Source: an uncultured Gemmatimonadota bacterium
GTDB taxonomy: Bacteria; Gemmatimonadota; Gemmatimonadetes; Palauibacterales; Palauibacteraceae
Length of the DNA: 64,000 nucleotides
NCBI GenBank assembly: GCA_913043255.1
Contig: CAJWLK010000005.1
Coordinates: 46,224-110,223, forward strand
Direction of reading: 5' to 3'
The notes beneath the pieces were generated by a model. The model was given only the letters and a program-made list of their open reading frames with translations. It made no database searches and had not been told where the DNA came from. This document shows, one piece after another, positions 49,381 to 58,669 of the stretch (positions within the stretch are counted from its first letter, which is position 1; each line of letters opens with the position of its first letter). The position numbers and the translations under genes were made by a program.

Positions 49381-49534
49381 ATGGATGGGCCAACGGAATT
49401 CGGTGTGAACCCGATGCGGCCCCGCCACTGTAAGAGGCAAAGAGGAGTCATCTCTCTGCCCACCGCACCTGTTGCCACAGAGGAATCTGGAAGGAGTGCG
49501 GTGAGAGCCTCGAGCCAGGAGACGTGCCCACCCA
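49381..49534 (+). promoter_or_regulatory. cobalamin (B12) riboswitch aptamer
   Basis: Conserved core AACGGAAttcGGTGtGAAcCCGatGCGGCCCCGCCACTGTAA (49391-49433). B12 box GAGCCAGGAGACGTGCC (49511-49527). P1 is ATGGATGGGC (49381-90) pairing with GCCCACCCAT (49525-34) with one mismatch. It lies directly upstream of a B12-uptake operon. Confidence 0.85.
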
Positions 49535-49602
49535 TGCCCCATAACAGACTCTTCGTGGGAAGAGCGGGGCAGGCCTGAGCACTGAAAACCAGTCGCCGGC
49601 CA

Positions 49603-49627
49603 CCCCCGCTTGATTTAGGAGTGGGGG
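49603..49627 (+). promoter_or_regulatory. Shine-Dalgarno-sequestering hairpin (candidate expression platform)
   Basis: CCCCCGCTT (49603-11) pairs with GAGTGGGGG (49619-27). This 9-bp stem includes G-U pairs. It buries most of AGGAG (49617-21) immediately before ATG 49628. Confidence 0.4.
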
Positions 49628-50590
49628 ATGAGGTCGATAAAACAGGTTTTTACTCTATGCGTTCCCTTGGCTATTGTGGGATCGATTGGGTATTTGCTTC
49701 TACTCTCGACGCGAGAAGTTCCGGAAGCCCTCCTCGCGGACTCGAGTTCCCAAGGGCCTTGGAGCGAACCTCCCGCACGAATCGTCTCTCTGGTCCCTGC
49801 CGTTACTGAAATCTTGTTTGCCTTGGGTTCCGCTCATCGACTCGTTGGACGGACGCATTGGGGCACCTATCCTCCAACTGCGAGGACGATTTTAGATGTG
49901 GGGGACGGCATGCACCCCTCGCTTGAAATCGTACTCTCCGTCGAGCCCGATGTCGTCCTATTATATGATGGAGAAGGAAATCGTAATGTGGCTCGGCAAC
50001 TCAAGTCTTTGGGTGTTAACACCTTGTCCCTCCGCCATGATACATTCTCGGACCTAGAGGCCAATATTGTCCTGCTAGGTGACCTTGTGGGTTGCCCGAT
50101 AGCGGCCTCGAAATTGCTCGCACAAATTCGAACTGGCCTGGAAGAAGTGGTGCAAGCAACCCCTCAAGGTGATAAGCCTACCGTCTACTGGGATGCGTGG
50201 GCTGAGCCGCCGATCACGATTGGAGCGGGAAGCTTTTTGGATTCTTTGCTCCGAATCGCGGGGGCAGAGAACATATTTTCTGATCAACCGAGTTCTGCCC
50301 CTAGAGTTAGTCTTGAGTCTATCATCTATCGAGATCCGGACCTGGTCCTGGTTCCCGTAGGAGTTTCATCTGCATTAGTTGACCTGTCATTAACAAAGAG
50401 GTCCGGTTGGAATCGTGTGCCGGCAGTGAAAGAAGGGCGGGTCTCGGTTCTAGATCAAGATCTCGTTTCTCGCTTGGGCCCCCGAGTTGTTGATGCAGCC
50501 TGGTTAATGGCACACGCTATCCATCCCGATTTAGTTCAAGAAAATGTCTTGCCAAGAATTCTGGCTGAGCCTCCTCCGTGCAACGGTTAA
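49628..50590 (+). CDS. btuF: periplasmic cobalamin/siderophore-type ABC substrate-binding protein (BtuF-like)
   Basis: Cluster-A SBP pattern (RIVSLVPAVTEILFALG...VGRTHW...PDVVLLY...VSVLDQDLVSRLGPRVVDA). It is the first gene after the B12 riboswitch. Confidence 0.8.
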   Translation: MRSIKQVFTLCVPLAIVGSIGYLLLLSTREVPEALLADSSSQGPWSEPPARIVSLVPAVTEILFALGSAHRLVGRTHWGTYPPTARTILDVGDGMHPSLEIVLSVEPDVVLLYDGEGNRNVARQLKSLGVNTLSLRHDTFSDLEANIVLLGDLVGCPIAASKLLAQIRTGLEEVVQATPQGDKPTVYWDAWAEPPITIGAGSFLDSLLRIAGAENIFSDQPSSAPRVSLESIIYRDPDLVLVPVGVSSALVDLSLTKRSGWNRVPAVKEGRVSVLDQDLVSRLGPRVVDAAWLMAHAIHPDLVQENVLPRILAEPPPCNG

Positions 50591-51576
50591 AAAGACCTCG
50601 CTTGGGGATGTTAGGGCTGGCGTGCCTACTCCTACTGTCCGGAGTTTTGGGGCTTTTGGTGGGCGCTGCTCCGGTCTCAATCGGTGAAGTATGGGCTGTT
50701 TTTTCCGGACAGACTCCGGATCCCGTTACGGCCATCATTATCAATTCGATTCGTTTGCCACGTGTCGTCGGTGCTGCTTTTACTGGTGCAGCGTTGGCGA
50801 TATCTGGAGTCCTCTTCCAGGCACTTCTTCGAAATCCACTAGCGGAGCCTTATCTCCTTGGAGTTTCGTCGGGGGCAGCGCTCGGGGCTGTTATGGCTCT
50901 TACCGTGCTAGGAGGGATACTGGGCCCACTAGGCACGTTATCCTTCGCCTTAATCGGCGCCCTCCTCGCAATTATGCTTGTGTTTTGGGTTGCAGTTTCT
51001 GCAAGTCGCTTGGACACATACGTGCTGATTCTGTCGGGTGTTGTTGTAGCAGCATTTTGCGGCGCTGTTATGATGCTCGTTCTATCTCTTGCTGAAGAAG
51101 ACACGCTTCGCTCTGCAGTACTATGGACTATGGGAAGTTTGGAACGGGCAAGCTGGCACGGAAATCTGATACTGGGCATTTGCGTGTTGATTTCAGGTGC
51201 AATTTCATTTGGACTGGCTCGACACCTCAATGCATTTTCGATCGGAGAAGAGGCAGCCGCTTACCTTGGTGCAGAAGTAGAGAAGGTTAAACGTATTGTC
51301 TACTTTGTGGCTTCACTTTTGGCCGCAGTGACTGTCAGTACTGCCGGTGTAATTGGTTTCGTTGGGCTTGTCGTCCCCCATGCGATACGGATGTTGTGGG
51401 GTGGGGACCATAGGTTATTGATCCCGCTGGCTGCCCTGGGTGGGGGTGTTTCGCTCATCTTAGCTGATGCGGTGGCCCGGGCCGCATTAAGTCCGCTCGA
51501 ACTCCCTATTGGAGTTGTGACTGCGATTTTAGGTGTTCCGTTCTTTCTTGTACTACTCAGGCGTAGTTATGTCTGA
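50578..51576 (+). CDS. btuC: FecCD-family ABC permease (BtuC-like)
   Basis: RLPRVVGAAFTGAALAISGVLFQALLRNPLAEPYLLGVSSGAALG and GVIGFVGLVVPHAIRML are FecCD hallmarks. Confidence 0.85.
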   Translation: MQRLKRPRLGMLGLACLLLLSGVLGLLVGAAPVSIGEVWAVFSGQTPDPVTAIIINSIRLPRVVGAAFTGAALAISGVLFQALLRNPLAEPYLLGVSSGAALGAVMALTVLGGILGPLGTLSFALIGALLAIMLVFWVAVSASRLDTYVLILSGVVVAAFCGAVMMLVLSLAEEDTLRSAVLWTMGSLERASWHGNLILGICVLISGAISFGLARHLNAFSIGEEAAAYLGAEVEKVKRIVYFVASLLAAVTVSTAGVIGFVGLVVPHAIRMLWGGDHRLLIPLAALGGGVSLILADAVARAALSPLELPIGVVTAILGVPFFLVLLRRSYV

Positions 51577-52369
51577 CGTGTCCTCTTCGCCTGCATTCAT
51601 TCTCCGTGACCTTTCGTATAGGTATATGGGGGCAGCCACCAAAGCTCTCGAGGGAATTACGCTCGCTGTACATGCTCATGAATTTACGGCAATCATTGGG
51701 CCCAATGGAGCAGGAAAAAGCACCTTGGTTCGAGTCATGGGTGGAATTCTCGCGCCAACACACGGTTCGATTGAGTGCCTCGAACGGCCACTCCACGAAT
51801 GGGATCGGAGAGCTTTAGCTCGACGCCTTGCGGTCGTAGCCCAAGAGCCGGCACCGACTGGATTGTCTCTTACCGTTCGAGATTACGTACAGTTGGGTCG
51901 CAATCCTCATGCAAGAGTTTGGGCGCCTTTGAGTGCAGGGGACGGTAAGATTGTGGATGAGGCCCTTGAACAAACACATCTAAAGGGGTTACAGGATCGA
52001 CCCCTCACAAAACTTTCAGGAGGAGAGCAACAGAGGACTAAACTTGCGCGGGCTTTTGCACAGGAGCCCGATGTCATCCTCCTCGATGAGCCTACCGTAC
52101 ATCTGGATCTGCACCATGCACTATGGACTTTTTCCTTTTTGAAACATTTGGTTCAAAGGTCGGGAGTGACAATTATTTGTGTGACTCACGATATGAATCT
52201 AGCAAGTCGACATGCCGACAAGATGGCTCTCGTGTCTGGGGGAGGGATCTCATCGTGGGGAGAGCCAGGAGAGGTGTTGTCCTCTTCGGCCTTAAGTGAA
52301 GCTTACGAATGTAATCTCCAAGTGGAAGTGACACCGGGGTTGGGTTATTACGTGGTGCCGATAGAGTGA
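51569..52369 (+). CDS. btuD: ABC transporter ATP-binding protein (BtuD-like)
   Basis: Walker A GPNGAGKST, signature LSGGEQQR, and Walker B ILLDEPTVHLD. ATG 51569 overlaps the permease stop. Confidence 0.85.
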   Translation: MSDVSSSPAFILRDLSYRYMGAATKALEGITLAVHAHEFTAIIGPNGAGKSTLVRVMGGILAPTHGSIECLERPLHEWDRRALARRLAVVAQEPAPTGLSLTVRDYVQLGRNPHARVWAPLSAGDGKIVDEALEQTHLKGLQDRPLTKLSGGEQQRTKLARAFAQEPDVILLDEPTVHLDLHHALWTFSFLKHLVQRSGVTIICVTHDMNLASRHADKMALVSGGGISSWGEPGEVLSSSALSEAYECNLQVEVTPGLGYYVVPIE

Positions 52370-54357
52370 AAACCATGGGGGTAGTGGGTGTGATGAGGGG
52401 TGTCGCAATATTCTTAATGACTCTCTTTGGTGGCTTTTATCCTGTTTCGGGGCAGGAGCCTGCGCGCTTGGATTCGATACCTGGTCCCGACTCGATCAGT
52501 GTCAGAAATGAAAAGTTGATTTATACGCTTCCCGAATTGCAAGCGAGGGTGCCGCGTTCTTCGCTTCATAGGCTTTATAAGCTCAAGGGAAGGGATGTGA
52601 CCCTATTCGGGGAAACTCTGGCAGATTGGGTCCGTGTCCTTCCTGGAGTCCAAGTTAGGGGGCGAGGAAGCGGAGGGGCTGAGGTGATCACGATTCGAGG
52701 TAGTCGTGCTCAAGACGTGCGAGTTACTCTAGATGGAATCCCTCTCGCTAACCCTCTCACGGGAGTAGTCGATCTCTCAACGATGCCCTCGTCGTCCATC
52801 GAGATGTTAGAGATGATGCCGGGAGCAGGTGCTACGGCTGGGTCAGGTGGCACAGGTGGCACGATAGAACTTAAGAGCCGAGATCCACGTCCTGGCGTTT
52901 CAGTGCGCGGCGTGGTTGGGTCCTTGGGACGTCGGGCTTCAGATGTTGAACTGGGTTGGAAAGGACATGTCGGGAGTCTTGGGATATACGGTAGTGCAGA
53001 GCGAGTGGATAACGACTACGTATTCCGGAACAGAATTGTCCCTAATCGCCCCATAGAACGACGAACAAACGCTGATCGCGCTTCTCGCCACGTAGTTGCA
53101 CGCGGAAGACTGCGCTCAATCCCTGTTTTCATAGTAGCACGCGCAGATGCGGTGGATCGGGGCACTCCCGGCAGAATGGGAAATTACGTTTGGGATGCAG
53201 CACGCTGGAATGAACGACGGTCCTTAGTATCGGCGACGTGGCGACCTCAGTCAGGTCGCCGTATAAGCCTAGCTTGGTCAAAGGCGAGCACACTGTACAA
53301 GGATAATCGTGTAGGGCGACATGAAGACTTGGCTGTAGAACACATGGTTTCTACAGGCCAAATCAAATTGCCGGCTGAGACTGACGTCAGGTGGGAAGGA
53401 ACTTTTGCTCATGCCCACGGAGATCGCTTGAGCCGAGAAACTCGGTGGACAGCTGGGGTCCGCGCGTCGCGTTCTGATGCGATAGGGTCTACGATCACTG
53501 TTCTCTCCGCGATTAAGTTTGATATCGCTCAGGAGGGGGTAGCGGTTTTACCAGCTGTGGGTGTCGAGGCGTATTTGAAACCTGATTGGACGGTTCATGG
53601 TCGAGCTTCTCAGGCACGACGATTGCCAACTCTGGCAGACCTCTTTCTCCAACCGATGATGGGTGCCCTCCCTAATCCGACACTGATGCCTGAGTATGTG
53701 GCACTCGACAGTGAAGTTGGAATTACGTGGGAAAGGCGAAAAGTTGAGCTTCGGACGAGCCTTTTTCGTCGCTCTACGCGTGACCCGATTGTTTGGTTGC
53801 CTAGTGTAGTGGGCATCTGGAGTCCCCGTAATCTTGGAACACTCAATGCTCAGGGTCTTGAATTGGCTGGGGTTTGGGAGCCCATGGATAGATGGAATGT
53901 GCGGCTCGCCGGGACATGGCAGAATAGTCGGGTAACATTCGATAACGCGACTTCGACTCCTTTGCCTTATGAGCCTGGACTGTCGAGTAGCTTAGCTGTG
54001 TATTACGAAGGTGAGGAGCGAGGGGCGTCGGCGGATATTACGGTTATCGGAAGTAGAAGGACAAACATTTTTGGCCCACATAAGTTGCCCGGATATGCCC
54101 TAGTCAATATTCGTGGTCGTCAGACGTTTCAGTTGATGGGGATGAGTGCCCAACTGGAAGTAGGAATGCTAAATGCGCTTGGGTCTGTGTACGAACGTAT
54201 GGAGTTGTTCCCGGAGCCCGGGCGTCGCCTAGAGGTAGGGGTTAGAATACTGACCGGGTCGCTCGCACGTTTGCCGGGTACCCCGCCCAATAAAACCTTT
54301 GACAAACACGCCCCTGGAAAGTCGAGTTCTGTGGAGGAGGAGACGAAGAGATGGTGA
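52366..54357 (+). CDS. btuB: TonB-dependent outer-membrane receptor (BtuB-like size and context)
   Basis: Signal peptide, plug-domain motifs (VITIRGSRAQDVRVTLDGIPLANPLTGVVDLS), and a beta-barrel repeat character. Size is 663 aa. It sits in the riboswitch-controlled operon. Confidence 0.8.
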   Translation: MKTMGVVGVMRGVAIFLMTLFGGFYPVSGQEPARLDSIPGPDSISVRNEKLIYTLPELQARVPRSSLHRLYKLKGRDVTLFGETLADWVRVLPGVQVRGRGSGGAEVITIRGSRAQDVRVTLDGIPLANPLTGVVDLSTMPSSSIEMLEMMPGAGATAGSGGTGGTIELKSRDPRPGVSVRGVVGSLGRRASDVELGWKGHVGSLGIYGSAERVDNDYVFRNRIVPNRPIERRTNADRASRHVVARGRLRSIPVFIVARADAVDRGTPGRMGNYVWDAARWNERRSLVSATWRPQSGRRISLAWSKASTLYKDNRVGRHEDLAVEHMVSTGQIKLPAETDVRWEGTFAHAHGDRLSRETRWTAGVRASRSDAIGSTITVLSAIKFDIAQEGVAVLPAVGVEAYLKPDWTVHGRASQARRLPTLADLFLQPMMGALPNPTLMPEYVALDSEVGITWERRKVELRTSLFRRSTRDPIVWLPSVVGIWSPRNLGTLNAQGLELAGVWEPMDRWNVRLAGTWQNSRVTFDNATSTPLPYEPGLSSSLAVYYEGEERGASADITVIGSRRTNIFGPHKLPGYALVNIRGRQTFQLMGMSAQLEVGMLNALGSVYERMELFPEPGRRLEVGVRILTGSLARLPGTPPNKTFDKHAPGKSSSVEEETKRW

Positions 54358-55487
54358 GGAGATGGAAGTGGGTGTCGGCTGCAGTGATGATTCTAACGGT
54401 GATGGGCTGTAATAGTTCGGCAGTAGATCCTGATATGCCGGGAGCCGGTCCGTCACAGTCTGAGATTGTGGTACTCAATTCGCTATCCAAAACGATTCAA
54501 CAGTTCAACATCATCGATGGGAAACTTGAGACATTTGGGACCGCTATCCAGCTGGGTGCAAACTATGACGGTGAAGCATTGGATTTTGTGTCAGATGTGT
54601 GGGTGACTAGCACGAGTCAGTTCGGTGGGAGCCAAATTATTTTTGGTTCTTTTGCTACAGGGGAACAGGCGATCACCACTTTCCCGGGGGACCTTGGGCC
54701 GCTTGCGGATGCGGGCAAGCCGACCATCGTTCTCGATGCCGCAGCTACTATAGGAGCGTTCGTGCCGGCCCGAGCAGAGGATGCGATATACGTTGCCTTC
54801 CCAGGTCAGAGCGAGGCGCAACGTATGGTAGAAGAGACTGGAACCTTTATGGTGCGTGCCATGCCAGCAGGGGACTTCATAATCGGTCTCGATGCTAACC
54901 TTGATGACGATGCCGGGACCTTCGCGCCTCTAGGCCCACCTAAAATGATACTCTATGAATTTCGAAATGGTGACTTTTTCGATGACCTCGAAATCACGGG
55001 AGCTTTCGGTGCCACGGATGCACTTATCGCACAAGATGAACTCGTTTTTCTCGCGGGTGGGAGCTTCGATCCGGTGACGTTTCAGCCTGCAGGTGACGGT
55101 AAGATGGCGTTGATCAACATGTCAGACCGTGGTATCCGAGACCTTTATGATATCGGAGGGAACGGAATCTCAATGGAACCGGGGCGTAACGGATTGTTGT
55201 ATATGGTTCGAACAAAGGGTCCTGACACCTACGAAACAGATGTCTTAACCTTTAATTTCTTCACAGGCGAATTTGATCGTGGCCCAGAAAATCCGATTCA
55301 ACCGAAGGATAGTGATGGGTCAGATCTTAGCTGTTGGGTTATGTCGGCATTGATCACGGGTGAGCTTTTGTGTGTCACCTTTGAGGCTGCATCTCAGGGA
55401 CGGCTTGTATTGTTGGATTCAGATGCCTTGTTTGTCGATCAGATTCCGGTGGGGGCTGGGGCAACGGACATCATAATCCGAAATTAA
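54351..55487 (+). CDS. hypothetical surface/periplasmic lipoprotein co-transcribed with the B12 receptor
   Basis: Lipoprotein signal MVRRWKWVSAAVMILTVMGCNSS, then beta-rich repeat-like sequence. ATG 54351 overlaps the receptor stop by 7 nt. Confidence 0.6.
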   Translation: MVRRWKWVSAAVMILTVMGCNSSAVDPDMPGAGPSQSEIVVLNSLSKTIQQFNIIDGKLETFGTAIQLGANYDGEALDFVSDVWVTSTSQFGGSQIIFGSFATGEQAITTFPGDLGPLADAGKPTIVLDAAATIGAFVPARAEDAIYVAFPGQSEAQRMVEETGTFMVRAMPAGDFIIGLDANLDDDAGTFAPLGPPKMILYEFRNGDFFDDLEITGAFGATDALIAQDELVFLAGGSFDPVTFQPAGDGKMALINMSDRGIRDLYDIGGNGISMEPGRNGLLYMVRTKGPDTYETDVLTFNFFTGEFDRGPENPIQPKDSDGSDLSCWVMSALITGELLCVTFEAASQGRLVLLDSDALFVDQIPVGAGATDIIIRN

Positions 55488-55511
55488 TCTGCCTTCGGAG
55501 GCATATCTACG

Positions 55512-56234
55512 GTGGGTCTGACGACGACGCGTGCAGTAATTCTCCACACGTATCGTTATAGCGAGACGAGTAAGATTCTTCGACTCATGACTTATGAGCT
55601 GGGGCCTTGTTCCGCGCTAGCCCGAGGAGCACTCAGGCCCAAAAGTCGATTTGGTGGTCTTCTTGAACCTTTTGTAGAAGGCCAGGCCACTCTGTATACG
55701 AAGCGGGGCAGGGGACTACATACACTGTCATCCTTTGAACCCATTGGAGAATATCGACAGTTGGGAGTGTCCCTGGATTCATTTACCATCGCATCCGTCC
55801 TCTGTGAGATGGTTATGCGATTAGCACCAGAGCATCGCGATGATGACTTATATGCGACACTTATTGATGGACTCGAAGGACTGCACAATAGTGAAGGTTC
55901 TGATAGTAATGCAGACCTCAAATATGTCTGGGCCCTCGTAGACACATTAGGCTTTAGGCCGGAACTCGATGAGTGCGTAGTCTGCGGCAGGTCGATTGGT
56001 TTTGAAGGTGCACGTTTTGACTTCAGTGCTGGAGGACTACAGTGCATGGACTGTGCCCCCCACGGACCAGGTATGAATTCCGCTGAAATCCGTGATCTTC
56101 GTGCACTCGTAGGTGGTGGATCAGTCGAAACTCACGGCGGGCAACAGGCTCGTTGGCTAGCAGACTTCATTCGATACCACCTCACCGAGGGTGCGAATCT
56201 GAAATCACTTCCGTTCCTTAGAGCTTTGGGATGA
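55512..56234 (+). CDS. recO: DNA repair protein RecO
   Basis: N-terminal OB-fold pattern (AVILHTYRYSETSKILRLMT...GLLEPF) and a Cys4 zinc motif (CVVCGRS...LQCMDC). Confidence 0.85.
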   Translation: MGLTTTRAVILHTYRYSETSKILRLMTYELGPCSALARGALRPKSRFGGLLEPFVEGQATLYTKRGRGLHTLSSFEPIGEYRQLGVSLDSFTIASVLCEMVMRLAPEHRDDDLYATLIDGLEGLHNSEGSDSNADLKYVWALVDTLGFRPELDECVVCGRSIGFEGARFDFSAGGLQCMDCAPHGPGMNSAEIRDLRALVGGGSVETHGGQQARWLADFIRYHLTEGANLKSLPFLRALG

Positions 56235-56253
56235 TGCAAAGGACTTGTAGGAG

Positions 56254-58143
56254 GTGAGTGACCGTCGTGGTGTAGTCATTGGGACTGCCGGGCATGTTGA
56301 CCATGGTAAGACAGCGTTGGTTCGAGCTTTAACTGGTGTGGAGACAGATCGCTGGCGTCAGGAACGGGAACGTGGACTTACCATTGATATCGGGTTTGCC
56401 CCCTTCAGTTTAGCGTCGGATGTAGAGGCTGGAATTGTCGATGTCCCCGGACACGAAGATTTCCTAAAAAATATGTTGGCGGGGGCTACAGGCATTGACG
56501 TATTGCTTCTAGTTATTGCTGCGGATGAAGGACCTATGCCCCAAACCCATGAACATCTGGCGATTGCACGGTTGCTCGGTATTTCGCGCGGCGTGGTTGC
56601 TCTTACCAAGAGTGATAAAGTAGATGACGATTGGCTAGCACTGGCAGTTGAAACGACTCACGAACTCATGGCGGAGGACCAACAACAAGAAGCGTGGAGG
56701 GTCATACCTGTTTCTGCAACGACAGGGGAAGGACTAAACAACCTTCGAGTGGCACTCAAAGCTGCTGCCCAAGATGCTAAAGTTCGACCCACGGACGATT
56801 TATTTAGGCTACCTGTTGACCGTGGCTTCTCAATCCACGGTACAGGCACAGTGGTGACGGGAACCATTTGGAGCGGTGCTGTGCGAGTGGGTGAGAGTTT
56901 ACGCTTGTTCCCCGGTGGAGAATCTCTGCGGGTTCGGGGGCTTCAAGTGCACGGGGATAAGCGACAAGAGGCAACAGCAGGTCGCCGTTGTGCGGTTGCA
57001 GTCGTGGGTGCTACACCCACCGAAGCTGAGCGGGGCAGTGTGCTCGTGGCTGATTCGGCTTGGTGCCCATTGGATCGTCTTGGCGTTAGGGTGCGAATGC
57101 TGCCCAAGGCTCGTCAACCTCTTGAGCATGGGCAACGTATCCGCGTTTACTTGGGTACACGGGAAGTGATGGCTCGGACTCTAACGTTTGAACGCGAGCC
57201 AATTTCTGCGGGGAGCAGTGGGTGGGCCGTACTCGCGCTAGAATCACCGTTACTCGCCCGTACAAGAGACCGAGCCATTCTTCGATTTTATTCCCCGCTC
57301 GCGACTATCGGAGGTGCTCGGATTGTGGATTTGGATCCTGCACGCAGTTGGATGGATCATGTCGAAGTGTGGCACCGCATCTTAGAAGGATCGGAGGCTG
57401 CTGCGTTCGAAGGCGCAGTTGAGCTTGCGGGCACCAAAGGTCTTTCGATAGAAGAAGCCCCTCTGCGGGTAGGCTACTCGAGTGTCAAGATCGACCAAGC
57501 TGCTTCTCAAGCGTTATGCAAGCGAATAGGAAAATTTTGGTTTTCGTCCGACACGATGGAGATAGCGTTGCAAGCGGTTGAAGAAACGATGCATAGACTC
57601 CACAAAAGCAATAGGCGCGCTACGGGCGTGTCGAAGGAAGCACTAAGGTCGGTATTGGTCCCCAACTATGCTCTCGATCTTATCGAAAATGCCATTAGTC
57701 AACTTTTGCGGGAAGATCGATTGGAGGAGAATGGCCCACTCTTGTCACTTCCAGATCAGGGGGCCCAGTTAACTCAAGAGGAAATTGAGGCGTGTGATAG
57801 ACTGTTGGCCACGATCGTATCTGGCGGATTGCAACCTCCACGAGTTACTGATCTTGCCCAGGACTTAAAGCTTTCACGCCCAGTGCTTGATGATTTACTT
57901 CGACTCCTTCAAGAGCAGGGTGTGACAAAGGCAGTAACGCCTGAAATCCACGTGGCAAAGGCCGAACTCGATCGGATGGTAGTTGTTGTTCAAGATTTAC
58001 TTGCCAATCGAGACCCGGCTCCTCCGACCGTCTTCAAAGAGGCTTTGGGTGTTTCTCGGAAGTACCTCATTCCATTGCTTGGGTATCTGGACCAGGAAGG
58101 GGTGACCAAGAGAACAGAAGAAGGACGTGTTCTTAGCCCATAG
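56254..58143 (+). CDS. selB: selenocysteine-specific translation elongation factor
   Basis: GTAGHVDHGKTALVRALTGVETDRWRQERERGLTIDIGFA, DVPGHEDF, and TKSD. Size is 629 aa, with a long C-terminal winged-helix-type extension, as in SelB rather than EF-Tu. Confidence 0.9.
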   Translation: MSDRRGVVIGTAGHVDHGKTALVRALTGVETDRWRQERERGLTIDIGFAPFSLASDVEAGIVDVPGHEDFLKNMLAGATGIDVLLLVIAADEGPMPQTHEHLAIARLLGISRGVVALTKSDKVDDDWLALAVETTHELMAEDQQQEAWRVIPVSATTGEGLNNLRVALKAAAQDAKVRPTDDLFRLPVDRGFSIHGTGTVVTGTIWSGAVRVGESLRLFPGGESLRVRGLQVHGDKRQEATAGRRCAVAVVGATPTEAERGSVLVADSAWCPLDRLGVRVRMLPKARQPLEHGQRIRVYLGTREVMARTLTFEREPISAGSSGWAVLALESPLLARTRDRAILRFYSPLATIGGARIVDLDPARSWMDHVEVWHRILEGSEAAAFEGAVELAGTKGLSIEEAPLRVGYSSVKIDQAASQALCKRIGKFWFSSDTMEIALQAVEETMHRLHKSNRRATGVSKEALRSVLVPNYALDLIENAISQLLREDRLEENGPLLSLPDQGAQLTQEEIEACDRLLATIVSGGLQPPRVTDLAQDLKLSRPVLDDLLRLLQEQGVTKAVTPEIHVAKAELDRMVVVVQDLLANRDPAPPTVFKEALGVSRKYLIPLLGYLDQEGVTKRTEEGRVLSP

Positions 58144-58247
58144 TAGTCTCGAGGGTGTTTGGGGACCGTCAAAAAAGAAGTGATCCATTGAGTGTTGAGG
58201 AAAGGGAACTTGCGCAGAAGCACGTGAGAACCGACCGTGTATCATGA

Positions 58248-58279
58248 GTCGTGCGATGGAATGCACGGCTTTTTGTTTT
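58248..58279 (+). terminator. intrinsic terminator-like hairpin after selB
   Basis: GTCGTGC-gatggaat-GCACGGC forms a 7-bp stem with one G-U pair. It is followed by TTTTTGTTTT. Confidence 0.55.
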
Positions 58280-58294
58280 GCTAATTGAGAATTG

Positions 58295-58662
58295 GGGGGC
58301 GACCTGGCTTCGACGTGTGAACTGGAAGCCGCGGAAGCGTGCCGAGGTGCTCGGGGCCTCGTTAAACACCGAGAAAACTTTTTAGATGCCGACGACGGTT
58401 TGGCTCTGGCTGCGTAACTTTACGTAGCCCGTCCCTAGGAGGGCTGGGCCCGAGGAACTCCTAGCGGGCGACGATAAATCGGGCTGGTCACCAAAGCGTG
58501 TCGCAAGCAGAGGTGACGAGATTGCGGTGGTAGCCGCGTTGCGACTGGTCGGCGACGGGGAGTTCGTGACCCTGGCGCGGATGAGAAACTGATCGCGAAC
58601 TACGCACGTAGAGGCCGTGGTGGATGGGCTCGCGGACGCGGGTTCGATTCCCGCCGCCTCCA
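58295..58662 (+). ncRNA. ssrA: tmRNA (transfer-messenger RNA)
   Basis: The 5' end GGGGGCGACCTGGCTTCGACG pairs with the 3' end CGCCTCC-A, giving a G3:U70 alanine identity pair. T-arm is GCGGGTTCGATTCCCGC. Tag reading frame is GCC GAC GAC GGT TTG GCT CTG GCT GCG TAA (58388-58417), which is ADDGLALAA. It is preceded by TAG+2 nt, as in E. coli. Confidence 0.9.
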
Positions 58663-58669
58663 TACCATC

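Noticed and set aside
49381-49578. 65-aa ORF in the btuF upstream region.
   Set aside because: It coincides with the cobalamin riboswitch aptamer and has no coding features.
58382-58663. The 93-aa minus-strand ORF, and the N-terminal 36 codons of the 58624..59220 ORF.
   Set aside because: Both overlap the tmRNA gene. GreA homology begins at ATG 58732.
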